A stretch of DNA of 64,000 bases, from the NCBI GenBank assembly GCA_034437655.1, contig DAOTTU010000001.1, positions 1,017-65,016 of the forward strand, written 5' to 3'. Shown here one piece after another: positions 8,140 through 15,512 of this stretch. The DNA is from Anaerolineae bacterium (GTDB taxonomy: Bacteria; Chloroflexota; Anaerolineae; Aggregatilineales; J027). The notes under the pieces are model-generated. The model made no database searches. It was given only the letters and a program-made list of their open reading frames with translations, and was not told where the DNA came from. The number at the start of each line of letters is the position of its first letter. The first letter of the stretch is position 1. Position numbers and translations under genes: made by a program.

Positions 8140-9288
8140 CTATCCGAGAATGTCTTCGGTCTCGGCTTCTGCTTCTTCCATATCGTCTGCCGATGCGTCC
8201 GCATCCATGTCAGCATCTGCATCCATGGCGTCGTCGTTCATCTCAGTTTCGGCAGCCGGGGCGTCGGCGTCTTCCATAGGTGCTGCATTGTCCTCAAGGT
8301 TGAAGCCCGGCAAGTTGGGACCAGCTTCATAGTCAGAGCGAAGTGCTTCTGGCATGATGTCCGCGTTGCGTACGGCCCCACCCGGAATCGGCGCACCGTT
8401 GTGGCACATATTACACGAGGGTTGCTGCCCCCCGAGGATGTCTGCGTAGTTGTTCCAGATATACTGCGTCATTTGCAGCATATTGATGGTGTAGTTCTTG
8501 GCCGGAACGCCTTGATAGTCTGGGAAGTAGCGGGAATTGTGGCAGTGCGTGCAGCCAACACCCAGGCTGGTGTTCATGTGATACATCACGGCCTGGTTGT
8601 ATTGCACTGCATCCAGCGAAATGTCGTTCCGTGCATTGACGTTAAGGATGCCCTGTTCGTCGACGCTATAGACAACTTCGGGGTCCAGCGCGAGCCGCAG
8701 GTCTTCGTTTTCTGGCCAGGTTTGGGGAACCGCTTGCCCATAGTGGCAGGTTGCACAGCTAATTTGTGCGCCATAGGGCTGCTTGGTGTCCACCAGGTCG
8801 GGTAGTTGCGTCAGCCAGTTCTGGTTCAGGTCAGCAACCATGCGCAGATACTCGCGGGCCAGCATCTTGTTAGCCATTGCTTCTTCAGCGCCGGGGCCTT
8901 CCCAAACATCAGCCGCAAAGTTGTCTAACGAGTGACAATAGGTACAGTTGACGCCCATTGCCGCCGTCATGTGGTTGAGCATATAGCCGATGACGCCGGT
9001 TGTACTCAAGCCTTCCAGCACGATGACGTTCTGCGGTTCTGGAAATTCGCCCGCATACTGCCCCATCGCAAGGTATGAATCACCACTGACATATTGGTCA
9101 GCGTTGTTATAGTAGTCCACGTAGATGGCGGAAAGCGCTTCATCTACCTCGATATCAGCCTGTTCTTCATCAGCTTCGACCGTCGTATTGTAGACAAAGG
9201 TGATGACTCCGAACGTTATCAGAACCAGAGCACCTGTCACCAGGACGAAGACGATAAGAAAGGCGATGTAGTTTCTTGATTGATCCAT
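8140..9288 (-). CDS. pufC: Reaction-centre tetrahaem cytochrome c subunit
   Basis: Four CxxCH motifs (CTYCH, CATCH, CTHCH, CNMCH). N-terminal TM anchor (IAFLIVFVLVTGALVLITFGVITFV). GGAGGA RBS. Lies directly downstream of pufLM. Highly acidic C-terminal tail. Confidence 0.85.
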   Translation of the reverse strand: MDQSRNYIAFLIVFVLVTGALVLITFGVITFVYNTTVEADEEQADIEVDEALSAIYVDYYNNADQYVSGDSYLAMGQYAGEFPEPQNVIVLEGLSTTGVIGYMLNHMTAAMGVNCTYCHSLDNFAADVWEGPGAEEAMANKMLAREYLRMVADLNQNWLTQLPDLVDTKQPYGAQISCATCHYGQAVPQTWPENEDLRLALDPEVVYSVDEQGILNVNARNDISLDAVQYNQAVMYHMNTSLGVGCTHCHNSRYFPDYQGVPAKNYTINMLQMTQYIWNNYADILGGQQPSCNMCHNGAPIPGGAVRNADIMPEALRSDYEAGPNLPGFNLEDNAAPMEDADAPAAETEMNDDAMDADADMDADASADDMEEAEAETEDILG

Positions 9289-9344
9289 GTAATTCTCGTC
9301 CTCCGTTACATCGGATTTATTACGATACCGTTACGCGGGAACAG

Positions 9345-11222
9345 CTACGGTAACGGTGCAACAAAACCAGCGTCGACAGCCCAGGCATACCAGTCATTAA
9401 TGACGGTGCCCGTTAGCAACAGGCCGATGCCACCTGTAATCCCGGTGAGTGCGGCAAACCACCATAACCAGTCATGGATCGTCTTCGAGGTCGCCTGGAA
9501 GCCCATGCACCAGCGCCAGTAGAGTTGAGCGCGGTGGGTACCGGGGCCTTCAGCCATCATCTCATCCATTTCTTTGTGAGAACCCCAGCGCGATGTGGCG
9601 ACGATGGTTGCACCATGCATTGCCAGCAGCAGCGTAGAGCCCAACAAGAAGAAAATCGACAGCATGTGGAATGGGTTGTAATAGAAGTTGCCGTATTGAA
9701 CGCTTACATTATTCGTCCACTCAAGAATAGCCCGGAAGCCATGGCCAGAAGCCTGCGCCCAGTTACCAATGAGGATTGGACGAATCAGATAAATAACTAG
9801 ATACAAGAAGATTGCAGCACCAAAGCCCCACGCCAGTTGTGGGCCCATGCCAGCCGAGTTCGCACGACGATAGACGCGCACCAACCATGCCAGCACAGCA
9901 ACATGCAGGAAGCCAGTTGCAAAGATCCATGCACCACCTTCACGCCACGGGGCCAGCTCCAGCCCATATTCGTACCCGGGTGGGTCGAGGGTCAGGTTCC
10001 AGAACTCACGTGCGAAGAGGATCGGGTTGTAGTCCACCGTCCACAGGTAATGCTCAATAATAATGAATGAGGTCAATGCGCCAGCGGCGACTGAGACGAC
10101 ACCTGCAATACCCAGGTAAACCGGCCCAACCTGACCTTCATCAAACAAACGGCGCATCAGCGGTACTTCAATAGGCTGCTTGATCGCTGTGTTTTCCAGG
10201 CCACGACCACCGTATTCATATTCGTCAGGGTCCACTGGCTTACCAAACGCGCGGCTACGCCAGATTACGACACCGATGAGGAACAGGGATGCGGCTGATG
10301 TTGTCTGCCAGAAGGGGAAGTCGTCCCAGAAGTTCCAGAAGCCAACCCAGTCGTCCACGAGGGTACCGGACAGGAAAATACACAGGTTCGAGAACAGCAC
10401 GGAAAGTACACCAACCCAAAATGCAAGGCGGTGAATGCCGATTTCGCCAATACTGTAGCCCAACAAGTTACGCCAGAAGCCGTCTTCGTTGCCTTCTCTC
10501 ATATACGGGCGGTTACGCACACTCAGGATCACTGAGCCGTGCATTGCCAGAATCAAGGTAGAGGCAAACAGCAGCGTAATGCCAATGGCGTGGAACGGAT
10601 TATAGAAGAAATTGTAATATTGGTAGCCAATGTTGGATACCCAGTCGAGGTGGTGCGTAATGCCGAGCGCAAACCCATTGCCCCATGCCCCCATTGCAAC
10701 TGGGCGCAAGAATTGCAGCGTAATCCATGAGGACAATACTGCACCAAAGGCAATCGGTACTTCATAGCTCATGTCGAGCTTACGAGCAATGTCAACTTGC
10801 CGTATCAGCCAACCGACAAAAGCCAGCGTGGCAAAAAACACCGTGAGTTGCCAGAAAAAACCTGGTTCGTTGGGGCCAACTAGGCTAAGCCCAGCGCTAA
10901 TCGGTGGCGGGTCAAGCCGTGCCTGTAGAATGTTGTACTTTCCTTCAATAATCCATGCCTGATACATGTAAAAGATTACGCCAAAGAAAGTACCTAACAG
11001 AGACAAGACACCGAAGGTTCCCAGATAGAAACGACCAATCCAAAAGTCGAAAGGGTCTGCCCCAAAGAGCGCGTGCATCAGGGTTCCGCCAGGTTTTTTA
11101 TAATACTGCTCCATCTCCAGCATGGAGAGGTTTCTGCCTTCTTTTACTTTCTCAAGGACAAGTCGGTGACGCTTTTCTTCCATCGGCTCGTCAGGAATTG
11201 CCCCTGTTAAAATCTTGGCCAT
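9345..11222 (-). CDS. pufLM: Fused reaction-centre L and M subunits (type II RC)
   Basis: A single 625-aa ORF. The L-like half contains THHLDWVSNIGYQYYNFFYNPFH...AMHGS. The M-like half contains AILEWTNNVSVQYGNFYYNPFH...AMHGATI. A fused pufLM gene is known from Roseiflexus. Confidence 0.9.
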   Translation of the reverse strand: MAKILTGAIPDEPMEEKRHRLVLEKVKEGRNLSMLEMEQYYKKPGGTLMHALFGADPFDFWIGRFYLGTFGVLSLLGTFFGVIFYMYQAWIIEGKYNILQARLDPPPISAGLSLVGPNEPGFFWQLTVFFATLAFVGWLIRQVDIARKLDMSYEVPIAFGAVLSSWITLQFLRPVAMGAWGNGFALGITHHLDWVSNIGYQYYNFFYNPFHAIGITLLFASTLILAMHGSVILSVRNRPYMREGNEDGFWRNLLGYSIGEIGIHRLAFWVGVLSVLFSNLCIFLSGTLVDDWVGFWNFWDDFPFWQTTSAASLFLIGVVIWRSRAFGKPVDPDEYEYGGRGLENTAIKQPIEVPLMRRLFDEGQVGPVYLGIAGVVSVAAGALTSFIIIEHYLWTVDYNPILFAREFWNLTLDPPGYEYGLELAPWREGGAWIFATGFLHVAVLAWLVRVYRRANSAGMGPQLAWGFGAAIFLYLVIYLIRPILIGNWAQASGHGFRAILEWTNNVSVQYGNFYYNPFHMLSIFFLLGSTLLLAMHGATIVATSRWGSHKEMDEMMAEGPGTHRAQLYWRWCMGFQATSKTIHDWLWWFAALTGITGGIGLLLTGTVINDWYAWAVDAGFVAPLP

Positions 11223-11258
11223 AGGTCGCCTTACTTTCTATCTGTTTGAGATATGCAA

Positions 11259-11305
11259 GTGTCGGGCGAAACTACGCTTCGACACATCGACAGGTAATTT
11301 CGCCC
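11259..11305 (-). promoter_or_regulatory. Structured intercistronic RNA between pufA and pufLM
   Basis: gggcgaaa (11264-11271) is complementary to tttcgccc (11298-11305). gtgtcg (11259-11264) is complementary to cgacac (11280-11285). The two helices interleave. Confidence 0.4.
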
Positions 11306-11339
11306 TAAAACACCTAACAGTGTCATTCACGACAGACTT

Positions 11340-11504
11340 TTACAGCCAGTTATAGGTTTCGCTGCTCAAGAGGATGAAGTGAATGGTGAGTGCAACCCCG
11401 ATACCCAGCAGGATATAGAGGATCATAACCGTCGTAAATTCAATTGGACGATTCTTCTTGCTCGGAACAATATACTTTTCTTCAATATTCGGTTGGTCGG
11501 CCAT
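11340..11504 (-). CDS. pufA: Light-harvesting complex alpha polypeptide (54 aa; not in the supplied ORF track)
   Basis: Hand translation: MADQPNIEEKYIVPSKKNRPIEFTTVMILYILLGIGVALTIHFILLSSETYNWL. It has one TM helix with the BChl-ligand His in the context ALTIHFILLSS..YNWL, as in the Chloroflexus B806-866 alpha chain. The ATG lies 4 nt after the pufB stop. Confidence 0.8.
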   Translation of the reverse strand: MADQPNIEEKYIVPSKKNRPIEFTTVMILYILLGIGVALTIHFILLSSETYNWL

Positions 11505-11507
11505 CTT

Positions 11508-11726
11508 TTATGCGTCTCCTAACCAGGGTTCCCAAATGTAAACGAGCGTATGTGCGACAATAGCGATGACCATAAAGCCGTAGGTAGCTTTAACGACGAT
11601 GTCGTGCATCAGCCATTCTTCATTGTTGAACAGACCCCTCCAACGATCTGGGACCAGGTCGTTGTCAGCTTGTACCATTTCTTGATACTCTTCTGTCCGG
11701 ATGATTACGTCTCTGCTTTCTGACAT
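11508..11726 (-). CDS. pufB: Light-harvesting complex beta polypeptide
   Basis: The [47 protein letters not shown] segment closely resembles Chloroflexus/Roseiflexus LH beta. GGAGG lies upstream of the ATG at 11726. An internal ATG at 11678 is an alternative start. Confidence 0.85.
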   Translation of the reverse strand: MSESRDVIIRTEEYQEMVQADNDLVPDRWRGLFNNEEWLMHDIVVKATYGFMVIAIVAHTLVYIWEPWLGDA

Positions 11727-11772
11727 GATTGTTGCTTTGCCTCCATATTATGGCAGTTGGACGAACATTAAC

Positions 11773-11802
11773 CTAAAAGGGTGGGGTTGCGGGTCTCCCC
11801 AC
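11773..11802 (-). terminator. Putative intrinsic terminator between the ACIII operon and pufBA
   Basis: On the minus-strand RNA: GTGGGG-AGACCCGCAA-CCCCAC followed by CCUUUUAGG. This is a 6-bp GC-rich stem with a 10-nt loop and a short U-tract. Confidence 0.45.
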
Positions 11803-11845
11803 AACCAGCGCTATCCCTGAGGTTACAAAAGTTAAACCAGCGCTA
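11803..11845. repeat. 11-nt direct repeat aaccagcgcta x2, 32 bp apart, upstream of pufB
   Basis: Exact copies at 11803-11813 and 11835-11845. Each contains the palindrome AGCGCT. Confidence 0.6.
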
Positions 11846-11856
11846 ATTTCAGTCTA

Positions 11857-11889
11857 ACATTTGTGCTATTTACTGAAAGTGACAAATGT
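11857..11889. repeat. 8-bp perfect inverted repeat ACATTTGT-N17-ACAAATGT just after the stop of the 87-aa gene
   Basis: acatttgt at 11857-11864 and acaaatgt at 11882-11889. Confidence 0.6.
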
Positions 11890-11891
11890 CA

Positions 11892-12155
11892 TCATCTCTT
11901 GTTACGGATACTTTTGACAATCTTGTCAACCGCTGGTGCAAAACCGCCTTTGCGCAAACCACTCAAGAAACTGAGCGTATTGGCTGCGGCGTCTTCAAAT
12001 TTGAGTGACACACCATTGAACTGGCAGTCTACGAAAGATGGCAATTCGCCACCGGCATAGACAAGCGCTGAATTTTCGAAGGTGCAGCCCTTGAACTCTA
12101 TGCCGTCTACCGTGACTGCCTTGTTGCTGAAAGTCTGTTTTTCAACCGTGTTCAT
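11892..12155 (-). CDS. Hypothetical 87-aa soluble protein, paralogous to the N-terminal domain of the upstream 220-aa protein
   Basis: Collinear similarity by eye: FSNKAVTVDGIEFKGCTFENSALVYAGGELPSFVDCQFNGVSLKFEDAA..LSFLSGLRKGGF versus FTNTAVEVDGNRFEACVFTNCRLLYRGGELPNFVRCEFEGVNIQLEDGA..LDYLTALYKGGF. Its start overlaps the upstream stop as ATGA. Confidence 0.65.
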   Translation of the reverse strand: MNTVEKQTFSNKAVTVDGIEFKGCTFENSALVYAGGELPSFVDCQFNGVSLKFEDAAANTLSFLSGLRKGGFAPAVDKIVKSIRNKR

Positions 12156-12814
12156 TCCGGGTCTTCTCCTTCAGCTTCGGCAGGTACTGCTTCTAGTGAA
12201 TCGTCGGCGGCGATAATTGACATCGCGTCTTCGATTGTGATACTTCCGATACCATTTGCTTCATCGATCCATTCATAGCTTGCCAGGTTCGCACGTTGTC
12301 CGGCGTCCAGGTCGTCATAAATGACAGCCAGGTCATCTGGTAAAGCTGGCATAAGATCGAGCGGAATTTCTTGTCGAAGTGGGCGGCCTTCTGCGAGAAT
12401 TTCTTCGTCAGGGTAAATAATAAAGCCATACCACAAGCCCGCAATCAGCCCTACAGTCAGCACAATCAGCGTCAAATTGAGTACTGCAAGCTGGCCATAG
12501 TTAGTGCCTGTTGCTTCGGCATTGACGTTGCGGTCATACGCTGGCATTGGTTTCTCGCCGCGTTCAACAACAGTCAATGTCTCTTCAACTTGTTTGGTAA
12601 ACCCACCCTTATAGAGTGCCGTCAGGTAGTCGAGGGTCCGGTAGGCACCGTCCTCAAGCTGGATATTCACGCCTTCAAATTCACACCGCACAAAGTTGGG
12701 CAACTCACCACCCCGATAGAGCAGGCGGCAGTTCGTGAAGACACATGCTTCAAAGCGGTTGCCATCAACTTCAACGGCGGTGTTAGTGAAGGACTGGTTC
12801 TGAAATGTTGCCAT
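12152..12814 (-). CDS. Hypothetical single-pass membrane protein encoded at the 3' end of the ACIII operon
   Basis: 220 aa. It has an ~85-aa N-terminal domain shared with the 87-aa protein and one TM helix (LAVLNLTLIVLTVGLIAGLWYGFIIY). An acidic C-terminal domain follows. A GGGAGG RBS lies in the 13-nt gap after the actE stop. Confidence 0.7.
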   Translation of the reverse strand: MATFQNQSFTNTAVEVDGNRFEACVFTNCRLLYRGGELPNFVRCEFEGVNIQLEDGAYRTLDYLTALYKGGFTKQVEETLTVVERGEKPMPAYDRNVNAEATGTNYGQLAVLNLTLIVLTVGLIAGLWYGFIIYPDEEILAEGRPLRQEIPLDLMPALPDDLAVIYDDLDAGQRANLASYEWIDEANGIGSITIEDAMSIIAADDSLEAVPAEAEGEDPE

Positions 12815-12827
12815 CGTATATGCCTCC

Positions 12828-13571
12828 CTATTCGCCTTCGTTGCCCATCATGTCGCCGTCCATTGCCTCGCCACCGTCGGCAGCATCAGCATCCGGCGCA
12901 CCGAAATTGGTCATTTCGGCCGTATCGGCGTCAGTCATGGTTTCACCAGCGGTCACAGCAGACATAAAGCTGCTCTGGACATCGCTCGGTAGGGCTTCGA
13001 TTTCGGCGTATTCGGCCAGTTGCAAAGCACGGATGTAGGCGATCACGGCCCAACGTTCTTCTGGGTCAAGGGTATACGCCTGGTTGTACATTGCCCCGCG
13101 CCCCTGCGTGATAATCAGGTAGAAAACACCAACCGGCGCATTCCGCGAGGATTCGGTGTGCAACGAGGGTGCAACCAACCCTTCCTGGGCAAGAACACCC
13201 TGGCCATAGCCAGCTTCACCATGACACGCTGCGCAAACGCCGTTGTAAAGGCGCTGGCCTTCGTGCAAGACATCTTCTGTGATTTCGATGGGGAAGGTTG
13301 TGGCAAAGGTGCCATCAACGCGCCCTTCGTACAGATGGGTGTCTTCACGTAAGAAGCCAACCGGGACAGCATTTGGGTCCAGCTCGGGGGCACCAACTTC
13401 AAAGTTCGTACTTGGGCCGAAAGGATCTCTGATCTTGGGTTGATCTTTCATGTTGCCAATTTCAGTACAGCCCGTCACCATCAGCAATACGGCTAACATG
13501 ACCAGAACCCAGAACTTCGGCGTTGCCGGAGAGCTACGGGTCACAAACTGTGGAAAGTATTTCTTGTTCAA
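12828..13571 (-). CDS. actE: Alternative Complex III monohaem cytochrome c lipoprotein subunit
   Basis: A single CAACH haem motif and a lipobox-like LLMVTGC after a hydrophobic signal. The TTG start overlaps the actD stop (TTGA). Acidic, Met-rich C-terminal tail. Confidence 0.75.
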   Translation of the reverse strand: MNKKYFPQFVTRSSPATPKFWVLVMLAVLLMVTGCTEIGNMKDQPKIRDPFGPSTNFEVGAPELDPNAVPVGFLREDTHLYEGRVDGTFATTFPIEITEDVLHEGQRLYNGVCAACHGEAGYGQGVLAQEGLVAPSLHTESSRNAPVGVFYLIITQGRGAMYNQAYTLDPEERWAVIAYIRALQLAEYAEIEALPSDVQSSFMSAVTAGETMTDADTAEMTNFGAPDADAADGGEAMDGDMMGNEGE

Positions 13572-14113
13572 CTTTGAACCTCACTCACATTAATCGGTTC
13601 TAGACCCTCCAGGAACGCTTTCGTCGATTGCGGGTCAAATTGCCGATCGGTCGCTTCAATGACGAGGAAAAAGTGGCTGTGTGAGGCCGTGTCGATGTTC
13701 TCGGCATTAAAGATTGGGTGATAGGGTAGCGGCAGGCCGTTTTGGGCGAACATAAACCCGACAGCAACCAACCCGGCGGTCAAAATTCCAAGTTCAAAAA
13801 TCACAGGGATAAACGCAGGGATACTCAATTCAGGGCGGCCACCGACGTTTAGTGCATACACTTCGGTCGAGGTCCATGCCTGGATGATGTAGCCTACGAA
13901 GAATCCAAAGAAGATCGCCGCTGGAACCAGATACGGCAGGAAATTGATACGGTCTTCTAGCACGTCGGCCAGACCTTCGACATGGAAGGGCGTATGTGCC
14001 CGTAGTTTTTGGTAGCCAGCCGCACGTGCTTCAACGGCGGCGTCCATCAAACTTTCCGGATTGTCAAATTCAGCGGTCAAGCCATAGAGTGTGCCATTAC
14101 CATTAGTGCTCAT
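13568..14113 (-). CDS. actD: Alternative Complex III membrane subunit ActD (DUF3341-like)
   Basis: The N-terminus LYGLTAEFDNPESLMDAAVEARAAGY is followed by two TM helices. I prefer the ATG at 14113 (MSTNGNG...), which overlaps the actC end by 11 nt. The track ORF extends to 14155. Confidence 0.75.
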   Translation of the reverse strand: MSTNGNGTLYGLTAEFDNPESLMDAAVEARAAGYQKLRAHTPFHVEGLADVLEDRINFLPYLVPAAIFFGFFVGYIIQAWTSTEVYALNVGGRPELSIPAFIPVIFELGILTAGLVAVGFMFAQNGLPLPYHPIFNAENIDTASHSHFFLVIEATDRQFDPQSTKAFLEGLEPINVSEVQS

Positions 14114-15503
14114 GTCCGTGGGCCTCCTCGGTAGCTTGTGCTTGTGTCTCAGCAATCGGGATCACTGGCACAAAGCGAATGAACAGGAACAGCGGTGTCA
14201 GGAATAGACCAAACGGTGAAATCAGTGTCAGCCAATCCCAGATCCCGAAGGTGAACGGATCCCACATGGTTTCCATGAAGGGGTACGCCAAGCTAACCGG
14301 GACGATCACGAAGCGTTCAAGCCACATGCCCACCAAGACAAAGACCGACACCACCACAATCGTGAGATGATTGGTGCGGAAGCGCCGGAACCAGAATAGC
14401 TGGATCACCGCCGCATTGAAGATAATCATGCCCCAGAAGGCCGGTGCATACGTCCCCAGTGCGCGTTCAACGGTCAGCGCCCACTCATTAACATCGCCAC
14501 TGAACCAGGCGCCGAAGGTTTCAACGAAGTAACCATAGGTCACCAGCAAACCCGTGATGAGCATGAGAATGCCCGCCTTGTTCAAGTGGTCTTCAGTGAT
14601 GAGATTGTGCATCTTAAAGCCTGCACGCAGGATGACCGCGAAGATCATCACCATCGCCATACCAGAGAACACTGCACCTGCGACAAAGAAGGGGGGGAAG
14701 ATCGTATGGTGCCAGCCCGGAAGCTGCGAAATCGCAAAGTCTAGACCGACGATACTGTGAACGGAAACAACCAGCGGGGTTGCCAGCACTGCCAGGAAGA
14801 AAGCCGTCTTGTGCAGACCTTCCCAGTGTTGGGCATCGCCACGCCAGCCCATCGCCGGAATTGCAAACGCCAGCCGTACCCACCTGGACCGCGCACGGTC
14901 CCGCATCGTCGCGAGGTCGGGTACAAGGTCAATGTACCAGAACAGCGCCGAGATGATGCCGTAAGTGCTAATGGCGAACATGTCCCATACGAGCGGGCTG
15001 CGCCACTGTGGGAACAGATACAGCGTGTTGGGATATGGCAAAATGTAGTAGGCAAATTCGATACGCCCGAGGTGGATCAGCGGGAACAAGCCCGCCACTG
15101 CCAGCGCAAAGAGCGTCATTGCTTCAGCAAAACGGCTAAAGGCAACACGCCAGCTTTGCCGCATCAAAAGCAAGAATGCGGAAATGAACGTCCCCGCGTG
15201 ACCGATACCGATCCAGAAGATCAGGTTAACAATTGCCATACCCCAGACAACGGGAATATCAATATTCCAGAGCCCGGTGCCACGAATCGTGACCGATGCA
15301 ATTGTGAAAAAGAAAACCAGCATCAAAATTGAGGAAATCCCGAAGCCAATGAACCACCACAGCGGTGTGCGGCCAAAGATATTCCGTGCAATTTTGTCAG
15401 CAATACTGCCGGGTTCTTCCCAGGTCGGCGGGTCTGGCACGGGGATAATCGCCCGTCGTGTCCGGTTGCTACCTTGCTGTGGTACTGTGTCAAGTGTTGT
15501 CAT
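14103..15503 (-). CDS. actC: Alternative Complex III quinol-interacting membrane subunit (NrfD/PsrC family)
   Basis: 466-aa polytopic membrane protein positioned after the Fe-S/molybdopterin-like subunit, the typical actABC order. Confidence 0.8.
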   Translation of the reverse strand: MTTLDTVPQQGSNRTRRAIIPVPDPPTWEEPGSIADKIARNIFGRTPLWWFIGFGISSILMLVFFFTIASVTIRGTGLWNIDIPVVWGMAIVNLIFWIGIGHAGTFISAFLLLMRQSWRVAFSRFAEAMTLFALAVAGLFPLIHLGRIEFAYYILPYPNTLYLFPQWRSPLVWDMFAISTYGIISALFWYIDLVPDLATMRDRARSRWVRLAFAIPAMGWRGDAQHWEGLHKTAFFLAVLATPLVVSVHSIVGLDFAISQLPGWHHTIFPPFFVAGAVFSGMAMVMIFAVILRAGFKMHNLITEDHLNKAGILMLITGLLVTYGYFVETFGAWFSGDVNEWALTVERALGTYAPAFWGMIIFNAAVIQLFWFRRFRTNHLTIVVVSVFVLVGMWLERFVIVPVSLAYPFMETMWDPFTFGIWDWLTLISPFGLFLTPLFLFIRFVPVIPIAETQAQATEEAHGHEH

Positions 15504-15512
15504 CGCAGTCCC

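Noticed and set aside
12371-12967. 198-aa plus-strand ORF spanning the actE / 220-aa gene junction
   Set aside because: It crosses two well-supported minus-strand genes and their RBS. The sequence is Cys/Arg/His-rich and looks non-coding.
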